Shown here: positions 1 to 10,317 of the stretch, in pieces | How positions within the stretch are numbered: position 1 is the stretch's first letter | Layout of the letters: the number at the start of each line of letters is the position of its first letter | From: an uncultured Christensenella sp. | Lineage (GTDB): Bacteria > Bacillota > Clostridia > Christensenellales > UBA1242 | NCBI GenBank assembly: GCA_964434265.1 | Contig: CAYSUK010000005.1 | Span: forward strand, 12,914-76,913 | Direction: 5' to 3' | Length of the DNA: 64,000 bases | Notes under the pieces: generated by a model | Told to the model about the DNA's origin: nothing | Database searches by the model: none | The model's input: the letters and a program-made list of their open reading frames with translations, nothing else | Position numbers and translations under genes: made by a program

Positions 1-2328
1 GTCAGTAATCATTATGACGTCATTTTCGTCACTAATTTGTTTTAAGTTTACAAGATTACCTGTTTGTTCGTTAAATATGCCGGCTTTTACACCTTTTCCG
101 TTACGATTTTGAACACGATACTCGTCTTGACTAGTACGTTTACCAAAACCATACTCAGAAACTGTAAGCATATCACAATCATTTTTGACTACCGTCATAT
201 CGACAATATATTCGTCTTCATCTAGTCTTATCGATCTAACACCCATACTTCCACGTCCAGATATACGTACATCTGATTCATTAAAGCGGATACATTTGCC
301 GTTGTTGCTTGCCATAAGCACTTCATTTTCGCCATTTGTAAAGTATGTGTTTATAAGTTCGTCGCCATCATTTAGGCTGATAGCAATCTTACCATTTCTA
401 CGGATATTGTCAAACTCTTCGATGCGAGTACGTTTGATAAGACCTTCTTTTGTGGCCATAAGCAGATATTTTGCATCAGCGCGGTCGCTTGTAGATAGTA
501 GTGTAGTAATACGTTCGTCTTGGTCGATAGGTAGTAGATTTACAAATGCACGACCTTTGCCCGCTTTTTGTGCTTCTGGTATTTCATAACCTTTAAGTGT
601 GTATACTTTACCTTTATTACTGAAACACATTATTTCTTCGTGTGTATTACTTACAAATATGCTCTCGACAAAGTCTTCTTCTTTTGTTTTGTGTCCTACT
701 ACGCCTTTTCCGCCACGGTGTTGGCTTCTATACTCGTCGACAGGCATACGTTTGATATATCCGCCATGAGTAAGCGATATTACTACATCTTCTTTCTCAA
801 TAAGGTCTTCAATATCAATATCGCCATAATCAATACTAATTTGACTCTTACGTGGCACACCATAATTGTTTTTGATGTCGCTAAGGTCACGTTTGATAAT
901 AGCATAAACTTTGTTTTCGTCTGCCAAAATCTCTTTGTACTCTTTGATTGCAAGTTCGACAGATGAAAGTTCTTGTTTTAATTTCTCAACTTCTAGCCCA
1001 GTAAGACGTTGGAGTCTCATATCAAGGATAGCTGCTGCTTGTTTTTCTGTGAGTTCAAATAATTTTATAAGTTTTGCAATAGCATCGTTTTTGTCGTCTG
1101 AAAGTTTGATTACTCTGATGACTTCGTCGATGTTTGCTTGTGCAATAACCAAACCTTGTAGTATGTGAGCACGTTGTTCGGCTTTATCAAGGTCAAACTT
1201 TGTACGACGAACTATGATTTCTTTTTGGAAATCAAGATATGCCGACAATATTTCTTTAAGGTTTAGAATTTTAGGAACACCATTTATAAGTGCCAAGTTT
1301 ATCGCACCAAAAGACACTTGCAACATAGTGTGTTTGTACAATGTATTTAACACAACTTGCGCATTTGCATCACGTTTGACTTCGATAACAATACGCATTC
1401 CTTCACGGTCACTTTCTTCTTTGATATCAGATATGCCTTCTATCTTTTTGTTTTTAACCATGTCGGCGATTTGCATAATGAGTTTTGCTTTGTTTACTTG
1501 ATATGGTATCTCGGTCACAACAATACGTGTACGAGTGCCATTTGCATATTCTTCAATCTCAGCTTTAGAACGGATAAGAAAACTACCTTTACCAGTATGA
1601 TACATTTGTCTGATACCATTTCTACCCATAATAATACCGCGAGTAGGGAAATCTGGGCCTGGGATAATTTTGCAAAGTTCGTCAATATCAATGTCGCGGT
1701 TTTCTATAAGCGCAATTACACCATCACAAACTTCACTTAGGTTGTGTGGTGGAATATTTGTCGCCATACCAACAGCGATACCATCACTACCATTTACAAG
1801 CAAGTTTGGAAAACGTGCAGGAAGAACAGTAGGTTGCATTTCTGTATCGTCAAAGTTTGGATAAAAGTCAACCACTTCTTTATCGATATCAGCGAGCATC
1901 TCTTTACTTATCTTGCTAAGACGTGCTTCGGTATAACGCATAGCAGCTGGAGAGTCGCCATCGACACTACCAAAGTTTCCGTGGCCGTCTACAAGTGGGC
2001 AGTTTATGGAGAAGTCTTGTGCAAGACGCACCAATGCATCATAGATGGCAGAGTCGCCGTGTGGGTGATATTTACCCATGGTATCACCGACGATACGTGC
2101 ACACTTTTTATATGGACTACCGCTAAACAAGTTCATCTCACCCATACTGTAAAGTATACGGCGGTGTACTGGTTTTAATCCATCTCGTACGTCTGGAATA
2201 GCACGACTAACGTTTACCGCCATAGCATAGGCAATAAAACTTTTTTCCATTTCTTCTTTAAGTTTGACATCAACCACTTTACTAGGGTCAAGTTCTTTCA
2301 TAATATCTTTTATTTCATTATTATCCAT
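1..2328 (-). CDS. gyrA: DNA gyrase subunit A (3' end runs off the window)
   Basis: The minus frame is open from base 1 to the ATG at 2328-2326. My reverse-complement translation starts MDNNEIKDIMKELDPSKVVDVKLKEEMEKSFIAYAMAVNVSRAIPDVRDGLKPVHR, the conserved GyrA N-terminus. It is absent from the ORF track because no stop lies inside the window. Plus-strand ORFs 185-2178 are antisense shadows. Confidence 0.93.
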   Translation of the reverse strand, partial: MDNNEIKDIMKELDPSKVVDVKLKEEMEKSFIAYAMAVNVSRAIPDVRDGLKPVHRRILYSMGEMNLFSGSPYKKCARIVGDTMGKYHPHGDSAIYDALVRLAQDFSINCPLVDGHGNFGSVDGDSPAAMRYTEARLSKISKEMLADIDKEVVDFYPNFDDTEMQPTVLPARFPNLLVNGSDGIAVGMATNIPPHNLSEVCDGVIALIENRDIDIDELCKIIPGPDFPTRGIIMGRNGIRQMYHTGKGSFLIRSKAEIEEYANGTRTRIVVTEIPYQVNKAKLIMQIADMVKNKKIEGISDIKEESDREGMRIVIEVKRDANAQVVLNTLYKHTMLQVSFGAINLALINGVPKILNLKEILSAYLDFQKEIIVRRTKFDLDKAEQRAHILQGLVIAQANIDEVIRVIKLSDDKNDAIAKLIKLFELTEKQAAAILDMRLQRLTGLEVEKLKQELSSVELAIKEYKEILADENKVYAIIKRDLSDIKNNYGVPRKSQISIDYGDIDIEDLIEKEDVVISLTHGGYIKRMPVDEYRSQHRGGKGVVGHKTKEEDFVESIFVSNTHEEIMCFSNKGKVYTLKGYEIPEAQKAGKGRAFVNLLPIDQDERITTLLSTSDRADAKYLLMATKEGLIKRTRIEEFDNIRRNGKIAISLNDGDELINTYFTNGENEVLMASNNGKCIRFNESDVRISGRGSMGVRSIRLDEDEYIVDMTVVKNDCDMLTVSEYGFGKRTSQDEYRVQNRNGKGVKAGIFNEQTGNLVNLKQISDENDVIMITD

Positions 2329-2334
2329 AATTTA

Positions 2335-2622
2335 TCACCTATCTTCCAATCTTTTTAGAGTACGCAACAACTTTTCGTCTCTGATTTTTTCTATCTCTTC
2401 TTCACCAAAAATCAGTTTGAGTTGGTCAGTCATATTAAGTACATCGGCAAGTTCTTCTCTGATATTATTTAGTACTTCTTCAGTCTTGTATTTTGAAATA
2501 CTTACTCGTTTTAACTTGCAAAGTTCTTTTGTGAGTTCTGCCATCTCTTCAATACACATGTTGCATTGTGCTTCATTGCCCCATGCGTCCAAAAATTTTT
2601 GATAACACTCTTTTCTATTCAT
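2335..2622 (-). CDS. small MazG-like nucleotide pyrophosphohydrolase domain protein (95 aa)
   Basis: The all-helical 95-aa ORF has paired acidic motifs (CIEEMAELTKEL ... EELADVLNMTDQL) typical of single-domain MazG/YpjD-type proteins. Its ATG overlaps the gyrB stop as TAATG, and its stop lies 6 nt before the gyrA ATG. Confidence 0.6.
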   Translation of the reverse strand: MNRKECYQKFLDAWGNEAQCNMCIEEMAELTKELCKLKRVSISKYKTEEVLNNIREELADVLNMTDQLKLIFGEEEIEKIRDEKLLRTLKRLEDR

Positions 2623-4544
2623 TATACATCAAGGTCCTTTACAAGATTTGCATTTTGTTCGATAAACGAACGTCTAATGTCTGGGTCTTCTCCCATAAGT
2701 TTTGCAATTATCTCGTCAGCTTCTATTGCATCTTCCATAGTTACACGTAGTAGTATGCGGTGCGCTGGGTCCATTGTTGTGTCCCAAAGTTGGTCACTAG
2801 TCATCTCACCAAGACCTTTATAACGTTGTTGGGTTACTTTTGGTCGTCCCCATGCGTCCATATGACTGTTTAGTTCTTCGTCAGAATAGAAATAGTATGT
2901 CTTTTTATTGTAGTCTACTTTGTATAGTGGTGGTTGGGCAATATATACGTGACCCTTCTCAATAAGCGGTTGCATAAAACGGAACATGAATGTAAGAAGA
3001 AGTATTCTTATATGGCTTCCGTCGACATCGGCATCGGTCATAATAATGATTTTGTCATAACGAAGTTTGTCTTCATTATATTCGCTATTTACACCACAAC
3101 CAAAGGCTGTAATCATGTCTTTTATTGTACCACTCTCAAGTATGCGGTGTAGGCTCGCTTTCTCAACGTTTAGTATTTTACCCCTTAGTGGCAAAATCGC
3201 TTGAAAACGACGGTCTCTGCCTTGTTTTGCAGTACCACCCGCACTATCTCCCTCGACAATATATATCTCGCTGTCTTCGCGGTTTTTGTTTGTACAATCG
3301 GCAAGTTTGCCAGGAAGTGTTGTGCTTTCCAAAATTCCTTTACGACGTGTATTGTCTCGAGCAAGTCGTGCAGCATCACGAGCACGTTTGGCTGTGATAC
3401 ATTTTAATACAAGTTCGCGACCAATCGCTGGATTTTCTTCTAGATACTCACCAAACTTCTCTTGCATCGCATCTTCAACTATCTTACGCATCTCACTATT
3501 GCCAAGTTTGGTCTTTGTTTGACCTTCAAATTGTGGCTCTTTAAGCTTGACACTAACAATAGCGGTAAGTCCTTCTCTTACGTCGTCACCGCTAAGTTTT
3601 TCACTGTCTTTCAAAATACGATTGTTTTTGCCATAGTCGTTTATTATCTTTGTAAGTGCATTTTTAAAACCGTTTAGGTGTGTACCACCTTCTTCGGTGT
3701 TTATGTTGTTGGCATAGCTATTTATAATCTCGTTGTAGCCATTGTTGTATTGGAATGCAACTTCGACTTCATTGTCTTTGTTTACAACGTCGACATAAAC
3801 AGGTTCTGGGAAAAGTTTGTCTTTGTTTTTGTTTAGATAATCGACAAACTCAACTATTCCACCTTCAAAACAGAATACTTCTTTTACAGGTTCTTCACCA
3901 CGAAGGTCTTCAAGAGTAATACTGATACCTTTATTCAAAAACGCCATCTCTCTAAAACGTGCTTTTAGAGTGTTGTAGTCAAATTCGAGTGTTTCAAATA
4001 TCTCGTCGTCCGGCATAAATGTAACTGTTGTACCAGTAGTCTCAGTGTCACCAGTCACTTTTAGTGAATATTGTGGAATACCACGACGGAAAAGTTGTTC
4101 GTGAATCTTACCCGATTGGTGTACAACTACTTCTAGCCACTCACTAAGCGCATTTACACAACTAAGACCTACACCATGTAGTCCGCCTGAGATTTTGTAG
4201 CCTTCGCCACCAAATTTGCCGCCAGCATGAAGTTTTGTCAAAACGACTTCGACAGCACTCTTTTTCTCGGTCTTATGAATACCGCAAGGAATACCACGGC
4301 CATTGTCGATTACTGTACAACTGCCATCTCTATTTAGTCGCACTACTATCTTGGTACAATATCCCGCAAGCGCTTCATCGACAGAGTTGTCGACTATCTC
4401 ATACACACAGTGGTGCAAACCACGCTCGTCGGTACTACCAATATACATACCTGGTCTTTTGCGGACGGGTTCGAGCCCTTCTAGGACTTGTATGTCCGCT
4501 TCGTCATATTTTACTGATTTTGTTAAAACGTGTTCTTCTGCCAT
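2622..4544 (-). CDS. gyrB: DNA gyrase subunit B
   Basis: Contains GLEPVRKRPGMYIGST, HHCVYEIVDNSVDEA, GGLHGVGLSCVNALS, EGDSAGG and PLRGKILNVE. The start is moved to the ATG at 4544 (MAEEHVL) because the track's GTG at 4553 lies inside the AAGGTGA ribosome-binding site. Confidence 0.95.
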   Translation of the reverse strand: MAEEHVLTKSVKYDEADIQVLEGLEPVRKRPGMYIGSTDERGLHHCVYEIVDNSVDEALAGYCTKIVVRLNRDGSCTVIDNGRGIPCGIHKTEKKSAVEVVLTKLHAGGKFGGEGYKISGGLHGVGLSCVNALSEWLEVVVHQSGKIHEQLFRRGIPQYSLKVTGDTETTGTTVTFMPDDEIFETLEFDYNTLKARFREMAFLNKGISITLEDLRGEEPVKEVFCFEGGIVEFVDYLNKNKDKLFPEPVYVDVVNKDNEVEVAFQYNNGYNEIINSYANNINTEEGGTHLNGFKNALTKIINDYGKNNRILKDSEKLSGDDVREGLTAIVSVKLKEPQFEGQTKTKLGNSEMRKIVEDAMQEKFGEYLEENPAIGRELVLKCITAKRARDAARLARDNTRRKGILESTTLPGKLADCTNKNREDSEIYIVEGDSAGGTAKQGRDRRFQAILPLRGKILNVEKASLHRILESGTIKDMITAFGCGVNSEYNEDKLRYDKIIIMTDADVDGSHIRILLLTFMFRFMQPLIEKGHVYIAQPPLYKVDYNKKTYYFYSDEELNSHMDAWGRPKVTQQRYKGLGEMTSDQLWDTTMDPAHRILLRVTMEDAIEADEIIAKLMGEDPDIRRSFIEQNANLVKDLDV

Positions 4545-4717
4545 AAATTTCACCTTTATATTATGGGTTTAGCCCCATTTTGATAGCATAATTATAACAC
4601 ATTTATTTAATATAACAAACTAATTTATATAAAATAATTAAATTTATATAATAAATATATATATTATATAATATACAATAATATAATTTGCATCACTTCT
4701 CGACAAAAAAAATGATG

Positions 4718-5257
4718 TCATCTTACGACATCATTTTCTGTTTTTTGTTTGGCATTATGTTTTTTGATATAATCATTAAACAAATCTTTTGAAACTTTTT
4801 GTTTTCTTTGTCTTTGATTGTCGCGATTTTTGATATAATCTACGACTGGACACGTGTCTTTTGTAACGTGTGTAACTTCGTATCTATCGCCTAAAAATGT
4901 AGACGAAACTTTTTCAAACATATATTTATTATTGTAAATATTAAGTTTGCTAAAATTTTTTAGCGACATATATTTTACAGGTTTTGTTTGTTCTTCAATA
5001 TTCCAAGTTTTTGTAAACTTATTGTAGCTATGGCATTTGCCATTACAAACAATATGCACGCCTATATATCCTAGTGCCATATACAAAAATTGGTTCTCCG
5101 AACCACTCCAGAATTGAGTTTTGCCGGTGTGTGATAATTCTTCCATTTTATCGACGATTGTTTTGGAATATTTGCCACCGTTTTGGCTATCTCTAAATAT
5201 GTCGTCAAAGAGTAATTTCTCGTTTGGCTTACTGATTAAAACATAACTATTTTTCAT
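4718..5257 (-). CDS. hypothetical protein (179 aa), basic C-terminal tail
   Basis: Long ORF with no motif I recognise. A hairpin (AATGATGTC ... GACATCATT) overlaps its 3' end. Confidence 0.55.
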   Translation of the reverse strand: MKNSYVLISKPNEKLLFDDIFRDSQNGGKYSKTIVDKMEELSHTGKTQFWSGSENQFLYMALGYIGVHIVCNGKCHSYNKFTKTWNIEEQTKPVKYMSLKNFSKLNIYNNKYMFEKVSSTFLGDRYEVTHVTKDTCPVVDYIKNRDNQRQRKQKVSKDLFNDYIKKHNAKQKTENDVVR

Positions 5258-5374
5258 ATTTTCAGTTTAGCACAAAAAACACTTAAGGTCAAGGGCTAAA
5301 TATTTTTATAGTGTAGCAAAAATGATTTATATTTAGCAAAAAAATATGTTATAATATAATCACGAAGGTAAAAT

Positions 5375-6463
5375 ATGAAAATACGCAGTCTCGAACTTAA
5401 CAATTATCGCAACTATCAAAACCAACAAATATACTTCGGCGACCATGTGAATGTGCTTGTGGGTAAAAATGCACAAGGCAAGACTAATATGCTTGAAGGG
5501 GTTTTTTTGTGCGCAATAGGTCGTAGTCCACGTACATCAAAAGATAAAGAACTCATAAAATGGAATGCATCATTTAGTAAAATTACACTCGAACTCACAA
5601 AATGTACTGGCGACAAAAAAATAGAAGTATATCTATTCAATAATCAAAACAAGGCCATCAAGATAAATGGTTTTCCTATAAAACGTATGGGCGAACTTAT
5701 GGGTGAACTCAATGCGGTGTATTTTTCACCAGACGAGATGAAACTTGTAAAAGAGAGTCCTGATGAGAGACGACGTTTTATGGATATAGATTTGTCGCAA
5801 TTTGACAAAAATTATTTTTACAATCTAAACAAATACAATCTTATTCTAAACCAACGTAACAAACTACTCAAATCGTCATATAGTAATCCAAAAGTGATAT
5901 CAGACACCATAAGCATCTGGAATGAACAACTTGCAAGTGTGGGTTGTAAAATAATCAAATCTAGACTCGGGCTTATAGAGAGTCTGAAAAAATACGCATC
6001 GGCATGTCAAGAGTATCTGACTGACAGTCGCGAATCACTCGAACTTACCTATACTGGTTTTGTCGGAGAAAGTGAAGACCAATTAAAACAAATGCTTTTG
6101 GACGGATATGTAAGTTCGTTTGAAAAGGATTTGAGCCTTGGATATACGACGGTTGGGCCACACAGAGACGACATTAAGATACTACTAAACGGCATAGATG
6201 TGCGACATTTTGGCTCGCAAGGCCAACAACGTACCGTTGCACTCGCACTCAAACTTGCCGAGCTTGAAGTATTTAACGACAATTTTGGCGAGTATCCTGT
6301 ACTTCTGCTTGACGATGTACTTAGCGAACTTGATGAGCGACGTCAATTAAAGCTTCTAAACAAAATTCAAAATATCCAAACAATAATTACTTGTACGGCA
6401 TTTCCATTTGATGTCAAAGCAAACAAATTTGAAGTGGAAAATGGCAACATAAAAGTGCTGTAG
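5375..6463 (+). CDS. recF: DNA replication/repair protein RecF
   Basis: Contains LELNNYRNY, Walker A GKNAQGKTNMLEG, the signature GSQGQQRT and Walker B LLLDDVLSELD. A GAAGG ribosome-binding site lies upstream. Confidence 0.93.
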   Translation: MKIRSLELNNYRNYQNQQIYFGDHVNVLVGKNAQGKTNMLEGVFLCAIGRSPRTSKDKELIKWNASFSKITLELTKCTGDKKIEVYLFNNQNKAIKINGFPIKRMGELMGELNAVYFSPDEMKLVKESPDERRRFMDIDLSQFDKNYFYNLNKYNLILNQRNKLLKSSYSNPKVISDTISIWNEQLASVGCKIIKSRLGLIESLKKYASACQEYLTDSRESLELTYTGFVGESEDQLKQMLLDGYVSSFEKDLSLGYTTVGPHRDDIKILLNGIDVRHFGSQGQQRTVALALKLAELEVFNDNFGEYPVLLLDDVLSELDERRQLKLLNKIQNIQTIITCTAFPFDVKANKFEVENGNIKVL

Positions 6464-6512
6464 GGGTAGACAAACAAATTATTTTTTGATAACATAATGA
6501 AAAGGAGAAATT

Positions 6513-7865
6513 ATGATACGATTAGACGAAACTTGGAACAAAGCCTTAGGCATACTAGAAAAAGAAGTGACTGCAGTGTCCTTTGACCTTTGGATAAACT
6601 CGCTTGCACCTGTCGACTTTAAAAATGGTGTATTTTATCTAAGCACAACAAGCGAGACTGCCAAGACACGTATTATAAAACTACACAGCACTCAAATACT
6701 TACAGCACTTAAAAGCATAAGTGATGAGATAAAAGATTTTGTAGTGTTTGCCCCTGACGAACGTGAAAAATACGAGACACAAAAACTTGAAGGCAACACT
6801 CAAAGTGAAGTAATCGATGAAAACAACGAACTTTGCAAGTTTAATCCAAAATACACTTTTGACTCGTTTGTTGTGGGAAACAGCAACAAATATGTTTATG
6901 CAGCATGTCGCGGAGTCGCTGAAAATCCGTTTAGCAAGATAAACCCACTATTTATCTATGGTGGTGTTGGACTTGGAAAAACACACCTACTACAATCAAT
7001 CGGAAATTATATCCGTCAAAACCGTCCCGAACTTAAAGTATTGTATGTTACTTGCAACAACTTTACAAACGACTATATAGGTTCGCTTCGCTCGGGTAAA
7101 GATTATACAAATAGTCAATTTAGAGAAAAGTATCGCAATCTTGATGTGCTCATTATTGACGATATACAATTTATTTCAAATCGCACAAGCACACAAGAAC
7201 AGTTTTTTGATACATTTAATGACCTTTATCAAAACAACAAGCAAATTATAATTGCAAGTGACCGACCACCAAAAGAGATTGCAACACTTGAAGAGAGACT
7301 TAGAAGCCGCTTTAGTATGGGGCTTATCCAAGACATACAATCGCCAGACTTTGAAACAAGGCTTGCAATATTACAAAAGAAAGCCCAACAAGATAATCAC
7401 AACGTCGACGACGAAGTTCTTACATATATTGCTGAAAATTGTGACACAAACATAAGAGAGATGGAAGGTGTACTATCAAAAGTATGTTTTTACTCCGAAC
7501 TACTTGGCAAGGAAAAAGCAACACTTGAAGATGTAGAAGAAGCACTTAAAGACCATGTTGACCACAACAAAGCCGACCTTACAGCCGAACGCATAATAGA
7601 TTGTGTTTGCAAATACTTCTCAATATCTAAAGACGACCTTGTAGGCAAAAAGAAAAACAAAGAAATAGTTGAGCCACGTCAAATATGTATGTATATCATT
7701 TGTGAAATGCTTGACCTACCACTTACATCTATTGGCGAACTATTTGGTGGCCGTGACCACACAACAGTTATACACGCTCGTGAGAAAATAACCCAAGGTA
7801 TAAAAGAAAACAACCGCATAAAAATAATAGTAAGCGACATCAAAAACATGGCAAATCGCTTATAA
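6513..7865 (+). CDS. dnaA: chromosomal replication initiator DnaA
   Basis: Contains the AAA+ Walker A GGVGLGKTHLLQSIGN, LIIDDIQF, the sensor NIREMEG, and the C-terminal DNA-binding helix GGRDHTTVIHA. An AGGAG ribosome-binding site lies upstream. Confidence 0.96.
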   Translation: MIRLDETWNKALGILEKEVTAVSFDLWINSLAPVDFKNGVFYLSTTSETAKTRIIKLHSTQILTALKSISDEIKDFVVFAPDEREKYETQKLEGNTQSEVIDENNELCKFNPKYTFDSFVVGNSNKYVYAACRGVAENPFSKINPLFIYGGVGLGKTHLLQSIGNYIRQNRPELKVLYVTCNNFTNDYIGSLRSGKDYTNSQFREKYRNLDVLIIDDIQFISNRTSTQEQFFDTFNDLYQNNKQIIIASDRPPKEIATLEERLRSRFSMGLIQDIQSPDFETRLAILQKKAQQDNHNVDDEVLTYIAENCDTNIREMEGVLSKVCFYSELLGKEKATLEDVEEALKDHVDHNKADLTAERIIDCVCKYFSISKDDLVGKKKNKEIVEPRQICMYIICEMLDLPLTSIGELFGGRDHTTVIHAREKITQGIKENNRIKIIVSDIKNMANRL

Positions 7866-8072
7866 TTGGGGATATGTGCAAAACTTTTTCGATTTATACA
7901 CAGACTTGTCCACAAATCAAAAAACAATATATTGATTAAATTTGACAAGTTTAGGCAAAATATGACACAATATATAGTGTCTAAAGAAAGTTATGCACAT
8001 TTGCACAGCACATAATAATTATAATAACTATTTAATAATATAAAATTAAAATTGAAATTAGGGGAAGAAAAT
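7866..8072. promoter_or_regulatory. candidate oriC segment: DnaA-box cluster plus AT-rich unwinding stretch
   Basis: Three 8/9 matches to TTATCCACA: TTATACACA at 7894-7902, TTGTCCACA at 7906-7914 and TTATGCACA at 7991-7999. They are followed by an almost pure A/T run at about 8011-8060. The dnaA-dnaN spacer is the classic Firmicute oriC location. Confidence 0.6.
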
Positions 8073-9173
8073 ATGAAACTCGTATGTGAAGGATTAGAAC
8101 TTAGTGATGCACTACTTAAAGTAAGTAAAGGAACTAGCAATCGTACTACAAATCCTATTTTGGAAGGAATAAAACTTACAGCTGATGAAGATCATCTTAC
8201 ACTAAGTGCAACTGACCTTGAATTATCTATTGAAAAGACCATCAGAGCCGAAGTAAAAATCGAAGGCCAAACTGTAGTTCCGGGCAAGCTATTTGCTGAG
8301 TATGTGAAAAAACTAAGCAACGAACAAATCGAACTTAACTTATCAGATAAAAACCTTTTAAATATAAAATACACCGATAGTGTGGGTAAAATTCAATGTC
8401 TAAATCCACTTGAATTTCCTACTATCAAACAACCTGACTTTAACGACTATTTTGAAATAAGTCAAAAAGACTTTAAAGCACTTATATCAAAGAGTATATT
8501 TGCTGTTGCTGTCGAAGATAGCCGACCAATACTTAAAGGTGTCAAACTTGAAGTATCTGGCAATGAGATAAGAGCGGTTGCACTTGACGGATACAGACTT
8601 GCACTTTCAAAAAAGAATATTGTAAATACTACTAGCGACTTCAATATAATTGTTCCTGCACGTAGTCTTAGCGAAATATCAAAATTACTTGAAGACAGCG
8701 ACGAACTTGTAAGAGTATTTGTTCAAAAGAATCACCTTATGATAGACCTAAACGCCACAAAAATTACTACTCGCCTACTCGATGGTGACTATCTAAACTA
8801 TCGTCAAATTATTCCACAAAACTTTAATACTACACTTATCCTAAACAAAGAACAACTTGAAGATGCGATTGAGCGTGCTTCACTTCTATCAAGGATAGAT
8901 AAAAACAACATGATAAAGTTTGACATAACAGATAAAGTTATGGTTTTGTCAAGTAAGAGTGACCTAGGAGACATTAAAGAGAATATTACTATATCACTTA
9001 CAGGTAACGACCTTACAATCGCATTTAATGCACGTTATTTTAGCGAAGCGTTGCGTTCGGTAAACGATGAGTTTTTAAAACTAAGTTTTGTATCGTCAGT
9101 TGGCCCATGTATTATCACATCAAATGAAAGCGACGAGTTTTTGTTCTTAATACTTCCAGTACGTATTGTATAA
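8073..9173 (+). CDS. dnaN: DNA polymerase III beta sliding clamp
   Basis: N-terminus KLVCEGLELSDALLKVSK..NPILEGIKL, plus LLDGDYLNYRQIIP and a C-terminal LILPVRI. The start is set at ATG 8073, downstream of a GGGGAAG ribosome-binding site; the track's TTG at 8052 is less likely. Confidence 0.93.
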   Translation: MKLVCEGLELSDALLKVSKGTSNRTTNPILEGIKLTADEDHLTLSATDLELSIEKTIRAEVKIEGQTVVPGKLFAEYVKKLSNEQIELNLSDKNLLNIKYTDSVGKIQCLNPLEFPTIKQPDFNDYFEISQKDFKALISKSIFAVAVEDSRPILKGVKLEVSGNEIRAVALDGYRLALSKKNIVNTTSDFNIIVPARSLSEISKLLEDSDELVRVFVQKNHLMIDLNATKITTRLLDGDYLNYRQIIPQNFNTTLILNKEQLEDAIERASLLSRIDKNNMIKFDITDKVMVLSSKSDLGDIKENITISLTGNDLTIAFNARYFSEALRSVNDEFLKLSFVSSVGPCIITSNESDEFLFLILPVRIV

Positions 9174-9187
9174 TACAAAACTATTAG

Positions 9188-9219
9188 AAAAGAAGATATG
9201 AAAAATATCTTCTTTTTTT
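9188..9219 (+). terminator. intrinsic terminator after dnaN
   Basis: Hairpin AAAAGAAGATAT / ATATCTTCTTTT followed by a T-run. Confidence 0.7.
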
Positions 9220-9276
9220 GCTTGCAAGGCGGTATTTACATTGTAAAAATTATGTGTTATACTATTTATATAGGAG

Positions 9277-10317
9277 ATGGATATGAATAAAAACAACCTT
9301 GATTTGTATGTTTGTAATACTTATGACGACTATATAAATTTACGTGATAATTTTGAGCAAGATAAAGCGATGGAAGATGCTGACAAATCAGCACGTTTTT
9401 ATTTTCACTTTTCAGATAAAATAGATAATGCTAAATTATTTCTACTTGTGGACAAACAACAAAACAAACTGTTAAATTATGCATTTATAGAAAGTGATCA
9501 TGAAAGTAATTCAAATATAGTAAAGAAAGATTGTCTTTATATTGACTTTATCCAAACACCACTTGCAAAAAATATGGCAAAGGGTTATGCAAGCCGTATG
9601 TTGGATTATATTAGTGACTACGCAAGAAGAGAAGGTTATCGCAAAATTCACCTTATGGCATTGGGTAGCAATCCACGTTATTTATACTACAAGAAAGGTT
9701 TTGTAAATGTTTCGCACCCAAATAAAATGTCGGTCATGATGTACAAATATCTCGATGAAAACGACTGGGCATGTAGTGTGCTTATAAATGAAGCATTAAA
9801 CAATTCAAATCAATATATAAGTCCAAGTCAAGCCATGAAAAACATAATTAAATTAAAACAATATGATAATATGTTTGAATATGGTGTAATAAAAGAAAAT
9901 GAGTATGGCGACAAAAAAACAAATCCAGTAGAAGTTTTTGTTAAATGGGATAAGTTTGCAAATCGTCTTTACAAAACAAATTCAACAATCAAAGCATTTT
10001 GCAAAGTATTTGATAAGCCTATAGTAAAGAAAAGTGATTACAAAGAAAAGATGGCTTTATTTGAGACATTCTTTCCAGAAAGAACAAAAGAAAAAGCTCA
10101 TTTAAACAATGTTTTGGAAGGTGTAAATTTATTAAAAACATCTAAAAAATTTGATGATGAGATAAAAAGAATGCAAAAACAAAACCGACTACAAAAACAA
10201 CGTCAACTACAAAGACAAAAATGTATCAACAACCAAACACGATTGACCCAACAAATCAATCTTAACCCAACAAATAATATCAAACAGGAGAAAGTATATG
10301 AAAAGTCTCAATTCTAA
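9277..10317 (+). CDS. GNAT-like acetyltransferase domain protein with ~170-aa uncharacterised C-terminal extension (paralog A)
   Basis: GNAT motif-A-like block KGYASRMLDYISDYARREGYRKIHLMALGSNPRYLYYKKGF. The C-terminal half is unrecognised and ends in a Q/K/R-rich tail. The true start may be the second ATG at 9283. Confidence 0.6.
   Translation: MDMNKNNLDLYVCNTYDDYINLRDNFEQDKAMEDADKSARFYFHFSDKIDNAKLFLLVDKQQNKLLNYAFIESDHESNSNIVKKDCLYIDFIQTPLAKNMAKGYASRMLDYISDYARREGYRKIHLMALGSNPRYLYYKKGFVNVSHPNKMSVMMYKYLDENDWACSVLINEALNNSNQYISPSQAMKNIIKLKQYDNMFEYGVIKENEYGDKKTNPVEVFVKWDKFANRLYKTNSTIKAFCKVFDKPIVKKSDYKEKMALFETFFPERTKEKAHLNNVLEGVNLLKTSKKFDDEIKRMQKQNRLQKQRQLQRQKCINNQTRLTQQINLNPTNNIKQEKVYEKSQF

Noticed and set aside
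185-2178. A series of plus-strand ORFs (185-589, 568-966, 911-1168, 1214-1501, 1357-1740, 1670-1864, 1744-2178).
   Set aside because: They are antisense shadows of gyrA, with low-complexity or implausible sequence and no ribosome-binding sites. The minus frame encodes a textbook GyrA.
4554-4717. The almost pure A/T spacer with TA-rich microrepeats could be a second oriC half or unwinding element.
   Set aside because: I found no match to the DnaA box better than 6/9. It is more simply the gyrB promoter region plus the terminator of the 4718 gene.
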